From Tubiluchus corallicola (lineage: Eukaryota; Animalia; Priapulida): DNA of 64,000 nt. A program made the position numbers and the translations under genes. The stretch lies in assembly GCA_030141605.1 (NCBI GenBank), contig JAQGDQ010000457.1, forward strand, positions 1 through 64,000, read 5' to 3'. Position 1 is the stretch's first letter. Each line of letters begins with the position of its first letter. Positions 12,551 through 23,980 of this stretch are shown in pieces. Under the pieces are notes generated by a model. The model worked only from the letters and a program-made list of their open reading frames with translations. It was not told the DNA's origin and did not search any database.

Positions 12551-13306
12551 TTAAAAATGTGGAAGGAAACGGTCAGTAACTACTCCGTCCTTTAACAACA
12601 CTCGTTTGCGCCGGTCAATCGTTATAGTGCAACCTGCATTTTCTGGTTTTTGCTTCTCACTTATTTCGGCGTCAAAAAGGCGTCTCCATTCTTTTCTCAG
12701 GGCAGGGTGTTGGTCCTTCTTTATTTTTATAGACGCCAGAAATGCATCGCCAGCTAGCTCGCTTTTCTTTTTTAGCACCTCTTTTCTGTTGGCTTCACTG
12801 CTTAACGTAACTAGCACCGGTCGAGGAGTTCCGTTGTCTTTTGCCTTTCCTAATCGGCGATTTGCAAATTCAAAATTTATCTCAGGGCAGATTTTTCGAA
12901 AAAGCAAGTCAAGTTTATCCCTATCAGTAGATGCGCCTTGAACATCAAGGCCATTTTCTTGTAGACCTAAAATCACTATATTTTTGGCCCTGTCACGACT
13001 GTCAAGGCGCTCTAAGTACATTTGCTGGCTTGATACAGCATCTAGCAAAACACTAACAGTTTTTTCCAAAGACGATGTGAGTTCTTTCTCGGCTACCAAT
13101 TGTTGTCGTAATTGCGTCACGGATTCCTGTAAACTATCTAGCCTCTCTGACATACGCTTTTCCAACCTGTCAATACGTTGTACCACACTACTTCCGGATC
13201 CAGCTTTATGAGAATTAATTATGTAAGCTGCTAGCTCCTCCTTTGTGTAACGACCTCCAGCGAGTTCTGCCAGGTCTAGCGATTTTAACTGTTCTACTGA
13301 CATCAT
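12551..13306 (-). CDS. LINE ORF1 (coiled coil + RRM-like nucleic-acid chaperone)
   Basis: 251 aa directly upstream of ORF2; heptad region followed by RAKNIVILGLQE...RRLGK...PRPVLV, typical of LINE ORF1. Confidence 0.85.
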   Translation of the reverse strand: MMSVEQLKSLDLAELAGGRYTKEELAAYIINSHKAGSGSSVVQRIDRLEKRMSERLDSLQESVTQLRQQLVAEKELTSSLEKTVSVLLDAVSSQQMYLERLDSRDRAKNIVILGLQENGLDVQGASTDRDKLDLLFRKICPEINFEFANRRLGKAKDNGTPRPVLVTLSSEANRKEVLKKKSELAGDAFLASIKIKKDQHPALRKEWRRLFDAEISEKQKPENAGCTITIDRRKRVLLKDGVVTDRFLPHF

Positions 13307-14219
13307 GCATAGGAAAATCAGCTCGATAAATGCTTACAAAGGAGTTATTATTGTAAGGAAGTCGATAAAACGGAAACCTGAAGACGTTTTCGTTGTTCTT
13401 TTTGAGAACTAGCACGATAATACGATACTATGTACGTATGATAGTACGTACTATCTACAACTAATGTACAACCAAACCTAAAGTATTAGGTGCAATGCAC
13501 TGTCACTAAGCACTTTAGTAGACAATAACTTCAAAATCATAAAAGATTTCACAAAAAATTTTAATCACCACGAGACAAAACCTGACCGCCAGTTGGTTTT
13601 GTACGCATAAACGCAGAGCGAACAAAAACACGTCTGCTCTCAACAGTACCTACAGCCTGACCTCTGCATTGAACATTAACAGACCTCTGTCTTATAAAAA
13701 CTGCATACAAACATGAGTTTAAAATAACAATTCCGAAACTATTCAATCCAAATTTTCAACTTCAGGATGTGTGCTGGACTCTGGAGTGTAATAAATGCAC
13801 ATGGTAAAATAGGCCGAAACAAATTAGACTTTGGAAAAGACTTTAGAAAACCACGAAGCCATGAAAAAAACTTTGGAAAAGAAGCCATGAAAAACGATTT
13901 AATCTTCATTGAAACCTGCCCGAACTTTTTGTGGAAACTTGCAGTATCAAATAAACTTCATGACATCATTCTGAATAACAGAAACACAAGCGTGTGAGAT
14001 TTGACAAAATAAGTAAAATTTATTGAAAGTACGACCTATTGGCTAGACAGCCAGATACAGCCATTTAGACTGGTAGAAAAACAGCTGGACAAACTTACAG
14101 ATAGGAAGACAGACAGGTAGAACCACAAAGTACAACAGTCAAATGAATACAATTTCAATTGATATATCTAAAATGGTATATTATTAGTAGTATTATTAGC
14201 TAAGTAGACGGTGCGTGCA

Positions 14220-15203
14220 TTATTGCTGATCAGTGCTCAGTGCGTCAGTACATTCGTTAGATGCTTCGTTTTCAGTTTCTTTTCCCAGACGTTTAATATA
14301 CCACACAGCAAAACCTGCCAGTGCACCAGTTAAACACAAAACTCCCATGAGGATACCCAGAACTTGACCTGCCCCAAATCTTGCTGCATTACTGGGTTTC
14401 ACATCCTGAGCATCCTCCTCATCCTCCACATCCTCAGGATCCTCCACATCCTCAGGATCCTCCACATCCTCAGGATCCTCCTCATCCTCAGGATCCTCCA
14501 CATCCTCAGGATCCTCCACATCCTCAGGATCCTCCACATCCTCCACATCCTCAGCACAGAGTTCACCAGTGTATCCTTGTTCACAACTGCAAGTGTACGA
14601 CGCCATTTTATTAATGCATGTTCCATTATTCTGACAAGGATTAGAATAGCATCCAATATAAGAGTTACAGTGAGTTCCATCGTGTGTGTCTTCACATGTA
14701 CAGTTGTAAGAATGCTCTTTGTTAAGGCAGGTACCATCATTTTGACAAGGATTTGACTTGCAACCGTCATAATTTTGACAGTTTTTTCCGGTATACCCTC
14801 TTCGGCATTTGCACACGTAGTCATTCCATCGATCAGAGCAAGTACCTCCATTTTGACATGGATTGCCCCTATTGTTGTTGTAGCAGTCGTTAACCAAATG
14901 ACAGTTCCTACCTGTCCATTTTGGTTTGCAATAGCATATAAACCCAAATTTGTTGTTATCAAGAACGCAAGTGCCATCATGCTGACACTTTCCAGGATAA
15001 CACTTTTTCTTTGTTTCACAGTTCCTACCTGTCCATTTTGGTTCGCAAATGCATACAAACCCAAATTTGTTGTTATCAACAACGCAAGTGCCACCATGCT
15101 GACACGTATTAGGTTCACACTTATTCTCTGCTCCTGTGATCAAAACTCCTATGATGGATAAGAAAAAAACTGGACAACTTGGTAGGAAAGTTTTAAACAA
15201 CAT
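14220..15203 (-). CDS. Single-exon type-I membrane protein: signal peptide, 5 EGF-like repeats, acidic (EDVEDP)n stalk, transmembrane helix, short tail
   Basis: 327-aa ORF with five 6-Cys EGF units and TM segment VLGILMGVLCLTGALAGFAVWYI. TATA-like TATATAAAA ~30 nt upstream of the ATG; AATAAA at 14019-14024 (-). Confidence 0.85.
   Translation of the reverse strand: MLFKTFLPSCPVFFLSIIGVLITGAENKCEPNTCQHGGTCVVDNNKFGFVCICEPKWTGRNCETKKKCYPGKCQHDGTCVLDNNKFGFICYCKPKWTGRNCHLVNDCYNNNRGNPCQNGGTCSDRWNDYVCKCRRGYTGKNCQNYDGCKSNPCQNDGTCLNKEHSYNCTCEDTHDGTHCNSYIGCYSNPCQNNGTCINKMASYTCSCEQGYTGELCAEDVEDVEDPEDVEDPEDVEDPEDEEDPEDVEDPEDVEDPEDVEDEEDAQDVKPSNAARFGAGQVLGILMGVLCLTGALAGFAVWYIKRLGKETENEASNECTDALSTDQQ
14410..14552. 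repeat. 18-bp coding tandem repeat (EDVEDP), about 8 units
   Basis: ATCCTCAGGATCCTCCAC repeats. Confidence 0.9.
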
Positions 15204-15529
15204 AACACTCTTTAGGCACCGACGAAACTTTTATATATATAATGCGAAATGCTTCTGATTCTGCTAAGCAAAATAACGAATTACTGTCAGCCTTCAACTA
15301 ATTATAAAAGTCATCAGCTAATGGTTAGAATTTGCAAAAAAAGAACAATTTTAGTAATTCGAAGAACAATGTACATTTTTCAAATGATTGTGATGAGGCG
15401 TTTAGAATTTTAACAAATCGCTGCTGGCATAGAAATTGAAGAGAATGCATTATCGTGTTTTAACATGCTTGACTGTTTAAAGGAACATTTTGAAATCGTA
15501 CACATTAATTTCCGTGGTTTATACATAAC

Positions 15530-15780
15530 CGACGAGGCTACAGCTCCGACGATGGCGCCATTTTCGGCGATCTAGACATCAAATGAAATTTCCGGACCCA
15601 GAGATTTGCCATTGGGGTTTTATCTTTCGAATCGGTCCCACCGGTAGGAAAGTGGGGCGAAAAACCTCCAAAAATGGCCCTTTTTACCGTTTTACGCGAA
15701 AATTTGCAAAGCTTAGGTGATTTACTAGCAGGATCTTGCTTGAGAACAGGAAAAAATGAACTAGGCAAGGTTCTAGCTAG
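15530..15780 (+). repeat. Dispersed repeat family R1 (GAGGCTACAGCTCCGAC...); other copies at ~8853, 25533, 25637, 45046-45614 and inverted 42619-43023; possibly Helitron-like
   Basis: Shared 5' block GATTCGAGGCTACAGCTCCGACAATGGCACCATT...ACATCAAACGAAA, usually preceded by TA-rich repeats. The class assignment is inference. Confidence 0.65.
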
Positions 15781-18116
15781 CTGTTAAAACTGTTACTGTT
15801 ACAATAGCATGGGCTGCAAGGCGTTGTCAAGTGTATATAAATGCGTTTTCTGGTAAACTTAACCTTTGACCTTTTCACGATCATTCGCTGGAACTATGGA
15901 AAGCTTATTTTTATAGCAAAGTCACAACGAAAATCAGTTTTAAGCTTCAGAAAATTTGCAAAAGTAAAATCAAAATCATTTTCCATTACCACTGATCTCA
16001 GTTTCGTGGGATCTTTGAGACCCTTCTTTCAAAACGAACAGCAAAGTTATTATCATCAACAATGGAGCTGATCACAGTTATAATGTGACTAGGATTCTTC
16101 CGTTGATTTATCCTTGGAAACATTGGCGCTTGTAATTACGTGAACGTTGGTAACCGTTCAACTCCAGTTGAACTTACAACAAAGAAGATAAGGTTTGGAA
16201 ACATGCAGTCGAAGTGAAAAGTAGGGTTGCTTTACAGTAAAAGAAAATATTCTTCATAAAATAGAGCTTAAAAATTCATTTTGAAAATTTCATATCACTT
16301 ATAAACCATACTGTCTTATTGCATACAGGGCTTGCGCCATCAGTAACGCTGAATAATCAGAAATCGCTAGGCGCGGCCAACATATTTGAAAGTGTTTGGT
16401 GTTTTGTATCCATTTTACCTATTTCCTGTAAATAACTCTACATACATTTAAAGGACAAGAAAAGGGGCACCTGAAGTAGGTTTCAGAAAAATGGCCTTAA
16501 AAAATTATATAACTTTATAGCAATTTTATGCACATATCATATTCGCTTCGAACGGAATTTTCGTTTGTTTTCATTTTAAATCTCCCGCAATACTGTTCCG
16601 ACGGCGCCATTACATGACGTCACTACGCCACGCAAATCAGAGGAAGAAAATGAAATGTTAAATTATGACCCAAAAAACATTCCGTGCAAATCTATATTAC
16701 TTAGCATTTTACTTACCTATTGGAAAAGAGTTAAGTAACTAGACTAATCATTTAAAATGTTTGTGTCTGTTGGTAAAATGTCGCTGACTCACCCTCCAGG
16801 GTGCAGCACTCACTTACTAAAAACGTATTTTTAATCTTACTGACAAGATACAGTAATTCAAAATTTTACTTACTTAGTAACATGTATGCTTATAACTTGT
16901 CATATGCATGTAGCCATACTTACCTGCATGATTTTTACATTTTAGTAAGAAGTTATTTTGCTTATTCTGCTGATTTTGCTTGTCTATTCTAGTTTAAAGT
17001 GCCACAATTATCAATTTTGTTTTCTACTGTAACCACTTGGATCATAATTTAAATAACTTTGCTTTACAACATTTTTGCAAGTATGTGTTTGAGGAAAATC
17101 TCTGTTTGTATTACGTCCTATTCCATTAAAATTTTATTATTAAGATTGATTGCAAGAGACGAAGTAATGAACTGTCAGAGAGCCTGAGCGTCTTTGTGGC
17201 CAGGTTTCGAAAGCAACCAGAATCAGTATTGTGAATTAACCTCTTAAATGCGAATGTTGAACCGGTCTGTAGTCTCTGTAGTCCATCCATTCATTGACCA
17301 GCCTTAGCATTGTTTAACTTCAGTAGCTAAGCACATCAGCCAGTGCCGGCTCTACCATTAGGCACACTAGGTAGTTGCCTAGGTGCCCATTTTGGGGGGG
17401 GGGGGCAAATTCTGACTTTCTGGTTAAATATTGCTTTCCAGCGCTTGTACGATTTAGCTTCATAAATTTAATTGTCTTAATAATTACTACGGTAAAATTG
17501 TGATGAATCTTAGATGGTAATCGAAACGGATTGAAGAAATCAGAGATTGCAAGGGGAGGAATGTGACCTAGAACTGTGACCTACCACGCCTCTAGTGTCG
17601 GTATGGAGAATTACCTGCATGTGGCGGAATTTCTGCCCATGCATTATGGCTTCTTATGGTAACTAATCACACACGATTTTACAAATGGGCGGCAAATGTG
17701 TCATAATGTACACGCACGGCCACGCTAATTATTTGCCATTAAGCTTATCACGTATACTGGGAAACTCAGTCATAATGGTGCTATATTATAACAATCTTTG
17801 CAGCAGGAACGTATGTAGGTCTTCTACACGTTCTTGCAAAATTTGCTACACATTATTGAAGACATGGTTTTGCAGGCTTATCTGGGGTATAGACTTTAAG
17901 CCTAACACAAACATTAGAATTAAAGCCCAGCCTAAAAAAGAGAATACAAAACAACTTTATTTTAAGAAATGCTTTAGCAAATATAAATTTGAATTGTGAT
18001 GATCGATGCACAAATAGGTAACGTCATTTCCCTGTAGCGAAGCATTGGGCCCCCGTAGACTGACCAAAACAGAGAAGAGGAACACGAACACTGTTGTGAA
18101 ATGCGTCAAAAACTCT

Positions 18117-18588
<472 letters not shown>

Positions 18589-18829
18589 TCAAAGCTTACT
18601 TTTTCTTTACTGATAACAAAACGATTAAAACAAATGCTCTTGATGAATCCTGACAAAATGTTAGTCAAAGATGTTTTTATAATGCAGGCGCCTGCCTAAC
18701 GCCCATATCCCATGGTGGGCCTATTATTCATTCAACAAATTAAATTCCGTTGTGTCAGATATGATTATTAGACATACAGCTGTAACGCTAATGTAAAAGA
18801 TTAACCAACATTAAAAGACACTAATAGTT

Positions 18830-19471
18830 TAAGGTAAGGTAAGGTAAGGTAAGGTAAGGTAAGGCAAGGCAAGGCAAGGCAAGGCAAGGCAAGGCAAGGC
18901 AAGGCAAGGCAAGGCAAGGCAACGCAAGGAAAGGTAAGGCAAGGTAAGGTAAGGTAAGGTAAGGCAAGGTAAGGTAAGGTAAGGTAAGGCAAGGCAAGGT
19001 AAGGTAAGGTAAGGTAAGGTAAGGTAAGGTAAGGTAAGGTAAGGTAAGGTAAGGTAAGGTAAGGTAAGGTAAGGTAAGGTAAGGTAAGGTAAGGTAAGGC
19101 AAGGTAAGGCAAGGTAAGGTAAGGCAAGGTAAGGAAAGGTAAGGCAAGGCAAGGTAAGGCAAGGCAAGGTAAGGTAAGGTAAGGTAAGGTAAGGTAAGGT
19201 AAGGTAAGGTAAGGTAAGGTAAGGTAAGGTAAGGTAAGGTAAGGTAAGGTAAGGCAAGGAAAGGTAAGGTAAGGTAAGGTAAGATAAGGCAAGGTAAGGC
19301 AAGGCAAGGCAAGGTAAGGTAAGGTAAGGTAAGGTAAGGCAAGGTAAGGTAAGGTAAGGTAAGGTAAGGTAGGGTAAGGTAAGGTAAGGTAAGGTAAGGT
19401 AAGGTAAGATAAGATAAGATAAGATAAGATAAGATAAGATAAGATAAGATAAGATAAGATAAGATAAGATA

Positions 19472-19502
<31 letters not shown>

Positions 19503-19612
19503 AGATAAGATAAGATAAGATAAGATAAGATAAGATAAGATAAGATAAGATAAGATAAGATAAGATAAGATAAGATAAGATAAGATAAGATAAGATAAGA
19601 TAAGATAAAATA
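18830..19612. repeat. Compound pentanucleotide microsatellite (AAGGT/AAGGC then AAGAT)
   Basis: About 780 bp, read directly. Confidence 0.97.
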
Positions 19613-20224
19613 AAGTTCATTCTGCCCTCCTGTAATCGTACATCGCTAATTTAATTTAGTTCAACATTAAAATATACACTACTAAAAACATACGAAACGC
19701 AATATGTGCGCAGGAACAAACGTAATTATAAAATGTCTCTTCCACACAAGGTACATCATTCTATTAAATTTACACCTGTAGCAATACGGTTATTATAATT
19801 ACCTCGCTATACATTACTATAGACCTAGCTACGGTTATTATAATTACCTCGCTATACATTACTATAGACCTAGCTACGTTTTAAAAATTAAACGTACAAT
19901 AAACCCAATAATGACACTTCATGGAGACTAAGAAACTGTTTGACGCTTGAAGTTAGATAGCAAATCATCTTACTGTCCTTGGGAAGAAGAATTCAGAAAT
20001 CTATTGATTTTACAAATAGGACTTTTATACCTGTCAGATTTAGTATTTCAAAATTTGATGCAAGAAGATGGGATGGATAATTTACAATACACTTTCACTT
20101 TGGATGTAGCATAAACAATATGCAATATAATTATATACAGCACTTCTATACGCAATATTAAACATTTCAGTTAATATTAATTATATACAGCACTTCTATA
20201 TGCAATATTAAGCATTTCAATTAA

Positions 20225-20674
20225 CCCTTTCAGACCCAAATTATTTTTTATTAAGAAAAAAATTTTTGGCTTGGTATTTTTGTTCCCAATGTATCCTGTG
20301 GGATACACAACATTCTTTGTCATGTGCAAAAAAACAAAGTCCGACTTTTTTAAAAACAAAACAAAAGCAAAAATGTGCTTCATTTTGCAACTGTTGATAA
20401 TTTTTAAGTATTTAATTGATTAAGTATTTAAGACATTTAGTATGCATGCTATGCTGATCTGTACAAAGTCGTCTCTAAAGTACTGTTTCTTGCACAGTTT
20501 TTTATGTTATGTAGATTTTCTAGTTTGCCATGTTATCACCATTTTAGTCTATTGTTATTGGCTTAAATCAAAAGAACTATTAACAGATCAAATAACTGTC
20601 AGTTTTAAAATTTTATTAATTTTAAAGGCAGAAAATATTCTCGTATCCCACGGGATACAACGGGTATGAAAGGG
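20225..20674. mobile_element. piggyBac-type MITE
   Basis: TTAA TSD at 20221-20224 and 20675-20678; TIR CCCTTTCAGACCC / GGGTATGAAAGGG; subterminal palindromes GTATCCNNNGGGATAC. Confidence 0.85.
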
Positions 20675-22645
20675 TTAATGTCAATTCCTTAATTTTGCCG
20701 GTTAGATTTTCAAAAGCATTCCATTTGCAACATTTTTGTTGTTTTATTCTACCTAATATCAATATTTTTATTGATTATTTTGCGCACGTCCTTCACACTT
20801 CACATTCAAAATAACAATTAAATTTGGAAACTCACCCGAGCAAAATTATCCAGTTAGAAAAGCTCAAAAAACCGATTGATGGTCATCAACCTACTTTTAC
20901 TTGTTTTACTGCTGCCGCCTCCTGTTATAAAACGCCGGGCAAATTCAAAATTCCCACATCTGCCGTTTCATAATAGAATTTCCCTCTCTGATGTATCACG
21001 CTATAATAATCACAGCCTCTCTGCTGTTTTCATTTCACCTGCATGACTGAATCTGATTATTTACACTCTGAGTACCCCGTGCGCCTGCGCGCAAGGTTAT
21101 AGTCAGTAACTATAATATCGTCGCGCCGTCATCCCGATCCGCTGAGATTCTCTCTACCCCAATTAATTACTTTGAGTCTTGAGGTTGAACTGTGTGTTTT
21201 TAACAGTTAGCACCACCCACACCGACTGTTAGGCCAACAGTGTTATGTGACTTTGCGTAAAGAACTCTTTCCCCTTATTCTGACGTGTTTGCACAGGTAC
21301 GCAGGGTGACAGGTGGTGATGCCTCAACTGAGATAATAAGTAACGGATTCTTAGGAGTCACTGCGTAAACACAACAGTAAAACGACTCGTGTGCAAAAGT
21401 GATGCTCGACATCAGGTATTTCTAGTAAGTGTTACTTTTACCTCATTAATCAATAATTTTACGAAAAGTGAGCGTTACGCTACGATGTCTTCATCGACAC
21501 TGTTGCGCGTTTCCGATATTTCACGAATTGTTTTTACTATCGTTAAAACCCAAATTTTTGGCAATGAAAAGTGATTTTGTAACTAATTAGTGAGTAATTA
21601 ACCGAGGCGTGAAAACATCCATCAAACAATCAATTAGTTACTTAATCAGTTAGTTTATTAATGAGTTAATCACCGATTAATCTGCAGCTTAATCAGCACT
21701 TTATAAACTTAATACACCTTAAACATAAATGGCATATCTCTTTAAACTTAAAAAATATAACCAGGTTCGAAAAGTATTGATATAATAGATAAAATGGTCT
21801 TATTATTAAATTTTTTTAGTCATTTTCGGTCGATAATCATATTAAAAATAGCATTAATAATATACAGTTATTTGTTATTCATTTAGTTTAAAACCATTAT
21901 GACCTTACAATTACACGCAACCTTGCTTCTTTTAGTGTCATTATTGCATAGTCAAATTAAGTTGTTAGCTATTTTGCTTTTAATTAGTTAGTTTTGCCCA
22001 TAGAACTCTGATTTACTAATTTTGTTTTCACTTTGTTTTGCGTAAATTTGCATAATTTTATTTACCATAATTGTTTGCTATTAATTTAATTTTGATCTGT
22101 TTTCCTATTCAAATCTTTATTTTGTTCTAACAATATTTGCTCGCCATGTTGAAATTAGTAGAGTCACTATTTAGGGATGGCAGACTAGATGACCTTTTGG
22201 TCTTTCACCATCCCGCCCTTCTTTAATCTTTGTAAATCATTTTTATATACCATCTTTGATTGTTATTTTGAAGACAATAAATAAATAATTATTATTTAAT
22301 CTATTGTAATCGATTAACTATGAACAGGATCAGCAGGTGGGCCTGATCATGCCTGACAAACGTCTGGCCCTTTTTGCAACATTTTGGACATTCTGGCTAG
22401 TTTATAATTAACAGCGATGAGTAATCGCACAAAACGAATTCGCCATCTATTAACGAGAATCAGAAGTATGTAAGAGCACGTTACGTTAGTTTAGCAATGT
22501 ACTCAAAATGTAAACGCATATAGACCGTTAAATAATAAAGGATTTTTATTATTCAAAGAAGCGTTGGAACCCACTTCTCGTTATGCGAGGGCACTTTTAG
22601 AAATGATCAAATTGAACAACAACCAGGTTCTTTATAAAAAAAAAC

Positions 22646-23980
22646 TTAAAACAAGTTACAAGGTAATTTATCGGCCGGAGCCTTCGACTGTTTTGACTGT
22701 GAACAAAGATCACTTTCTACTTCCGGCTTTGAATGAGGATGGCTTTCTTGTCTGTACGCTACTGCCCAACCCTGATGAACATGTAGAGAACCAAGAGGTG
22801 CTGCAGAACCCTCCTCCATCACTTGCTCAGTGATACAGCAAGGTCCACCTATGAAGTTCATCTCCAACGTTTGTTCATAATAATTCCAAGTGAAGGGAGC
22901 TTGCGAAAGCCCCAATGAGAAATCGCCCACTTCTAATTTCTTAAAATGATTATTTATGTACTCGTCCTGCCACATGGAGGGTGTGTCATTTGGTTCATAA
23001 TAGTGTGGTTTGCCTTTTTCCACGTGCCGCTCCAATTTAGGGTATGAAGAAATGTGAGCAAACGGGTTTCTTTCTCCTTTTTTTATGTAAGGAAAGAAGA
23101 CATTTATCCACCCTGTGACATAACTGGCCGCACCCGATCCAAATTCTCTGTTAAATTTGAAAATTCGAGCCATCCAGTCTTCCAATGAAGGATCTCCTGG
23201 ATTCCGGTAACACTGAACGAGCTTCTCAAGAACTGATATTAAACCACTTCTCCACCACTCCAAGTTGGTACCACTAGGCATATCTTGAAACATGTTTAGT
23301 AAATTTTCTGCAGCTTCTTTTAATTTCACCCAATCATTCAACTCCCCTAATAATGTTACACTTGGTATTCCGCATAATGTACACAGTTTGTAGCTAAAAT
23401 ATGACTGGACAACGTCCATCAAAGTAATGCAAGAAATGTCGTATATTGTCTCAGTCGTTGTGCTGAATCGTTCACGTATAACCGGCTTTGCACTCTCCTT
23501 TAAATTTGCTTCTATAAGTTCCCTGAATGCTCGAAATACACCTGGCCAGTTGTTGTTTTGACCCGCCACAAAGTCATCTCTTCTGACACTTAATGTCATC
23601 TTTCCTTCATGTTTGACAAATACTTCGCGCAGTTCCTCGGAGTGCTTATTTACATGTGCGGCCACAGCATTTCGAATGTAGTGCCATAACAGGTCTGGTG
23701 TGAGGGTGATGGGTCGATGTCCACTGAAACCAACGAAGCACATTTTTATAAGGGGATTTCTAACAATCGCATATCCATCTTCGGGTATCGGATTAAATGC
23801 ATCGCAGTCATAATCCACATGCATCTGTTCAATATTTCTGTGCTTTGGCCTAAAATCATCGTACGTATCACCTTCCGCGGGAAAGAGAAGACGGTTGAAC
23901 GCTTGGGTGTCTTTCTCGCGTTCGATAAACTTCTCCGGAGATACTGGCGATGCCTTTATCGTGACTCCTTTATGCATCAT
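22646..23980 (-). CDS. DUF4419-family protein, single coding exon
   Basis: 444-aa ORF with recognisable family motifs HRPITLTPDLLW, HVNKHSEELREVFVKHEGK, FSTTT, YFSY...CGIPSVTLLGELNDW, VTGWINVF. AATAAA at 22545-22550 (-). Confidence 0.85.
   Translation of the reverse strand: MMHKGVTIKASPVSPEKFIEREKDTQAFNRLLFPAEGDTYDDFRPKHRNIEQMHVDYDCDAFNPIPEDGYAIVRNPLIKMCFVGFSGHRPITLTPDLLWHYIRNAVAAHVNKHSEELREVFVKHEGKMTLSVRRDDFVAGQNNNWPGVFRAFRELIEANLKESAKPVIRERFSTTTETIYDISCITLMDVVQSYFSYKLCTLCGIPSVTLLGELNDWVKLKEAAENLLNMFQDMPSGTNLEWWRSGLISVLEKLVQCYRNPGDPSLEDWMARIFKFNREFGSGAASYVTGWINVFFPYIKKGERNPFAHISSYPKLERHVEKGKPHYYEPNDTPSMWQDEYINNHFKKLEVGDFSLGLSQAPFTWNYYEQTLEMNFIGGPCCITEQVMEEGSAAPLGSLHVHQGWAVAYRQESHPHSKPEVESDLCSQSKQSKAPADKLPCNLF

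Larger units (their letters stand above)
9207..13641 (-). mobile_element. Near full-length two-ORF non-LTR retrotransposon (APE + RT; RTEX/L2-Crack-Daphne-like group)
   Basis: ORF1 and ORF2 on the minus strand. The 3' end has AATAAA followed by a (TATC)n tail at ~9207-9227. A candidate 5' end GAGAGCAGACGTGTTTTTG lies near 13641. No clear TSD. Confidence 0.85.

Noticed and set aside
13766-13803. Possible exon 4 of the acyl-CoA synthetase
   Set aside because: It has AG/GT borders, but the peptide DVCWTLECNKCT shows no recognisable similarity and no further exons follow.
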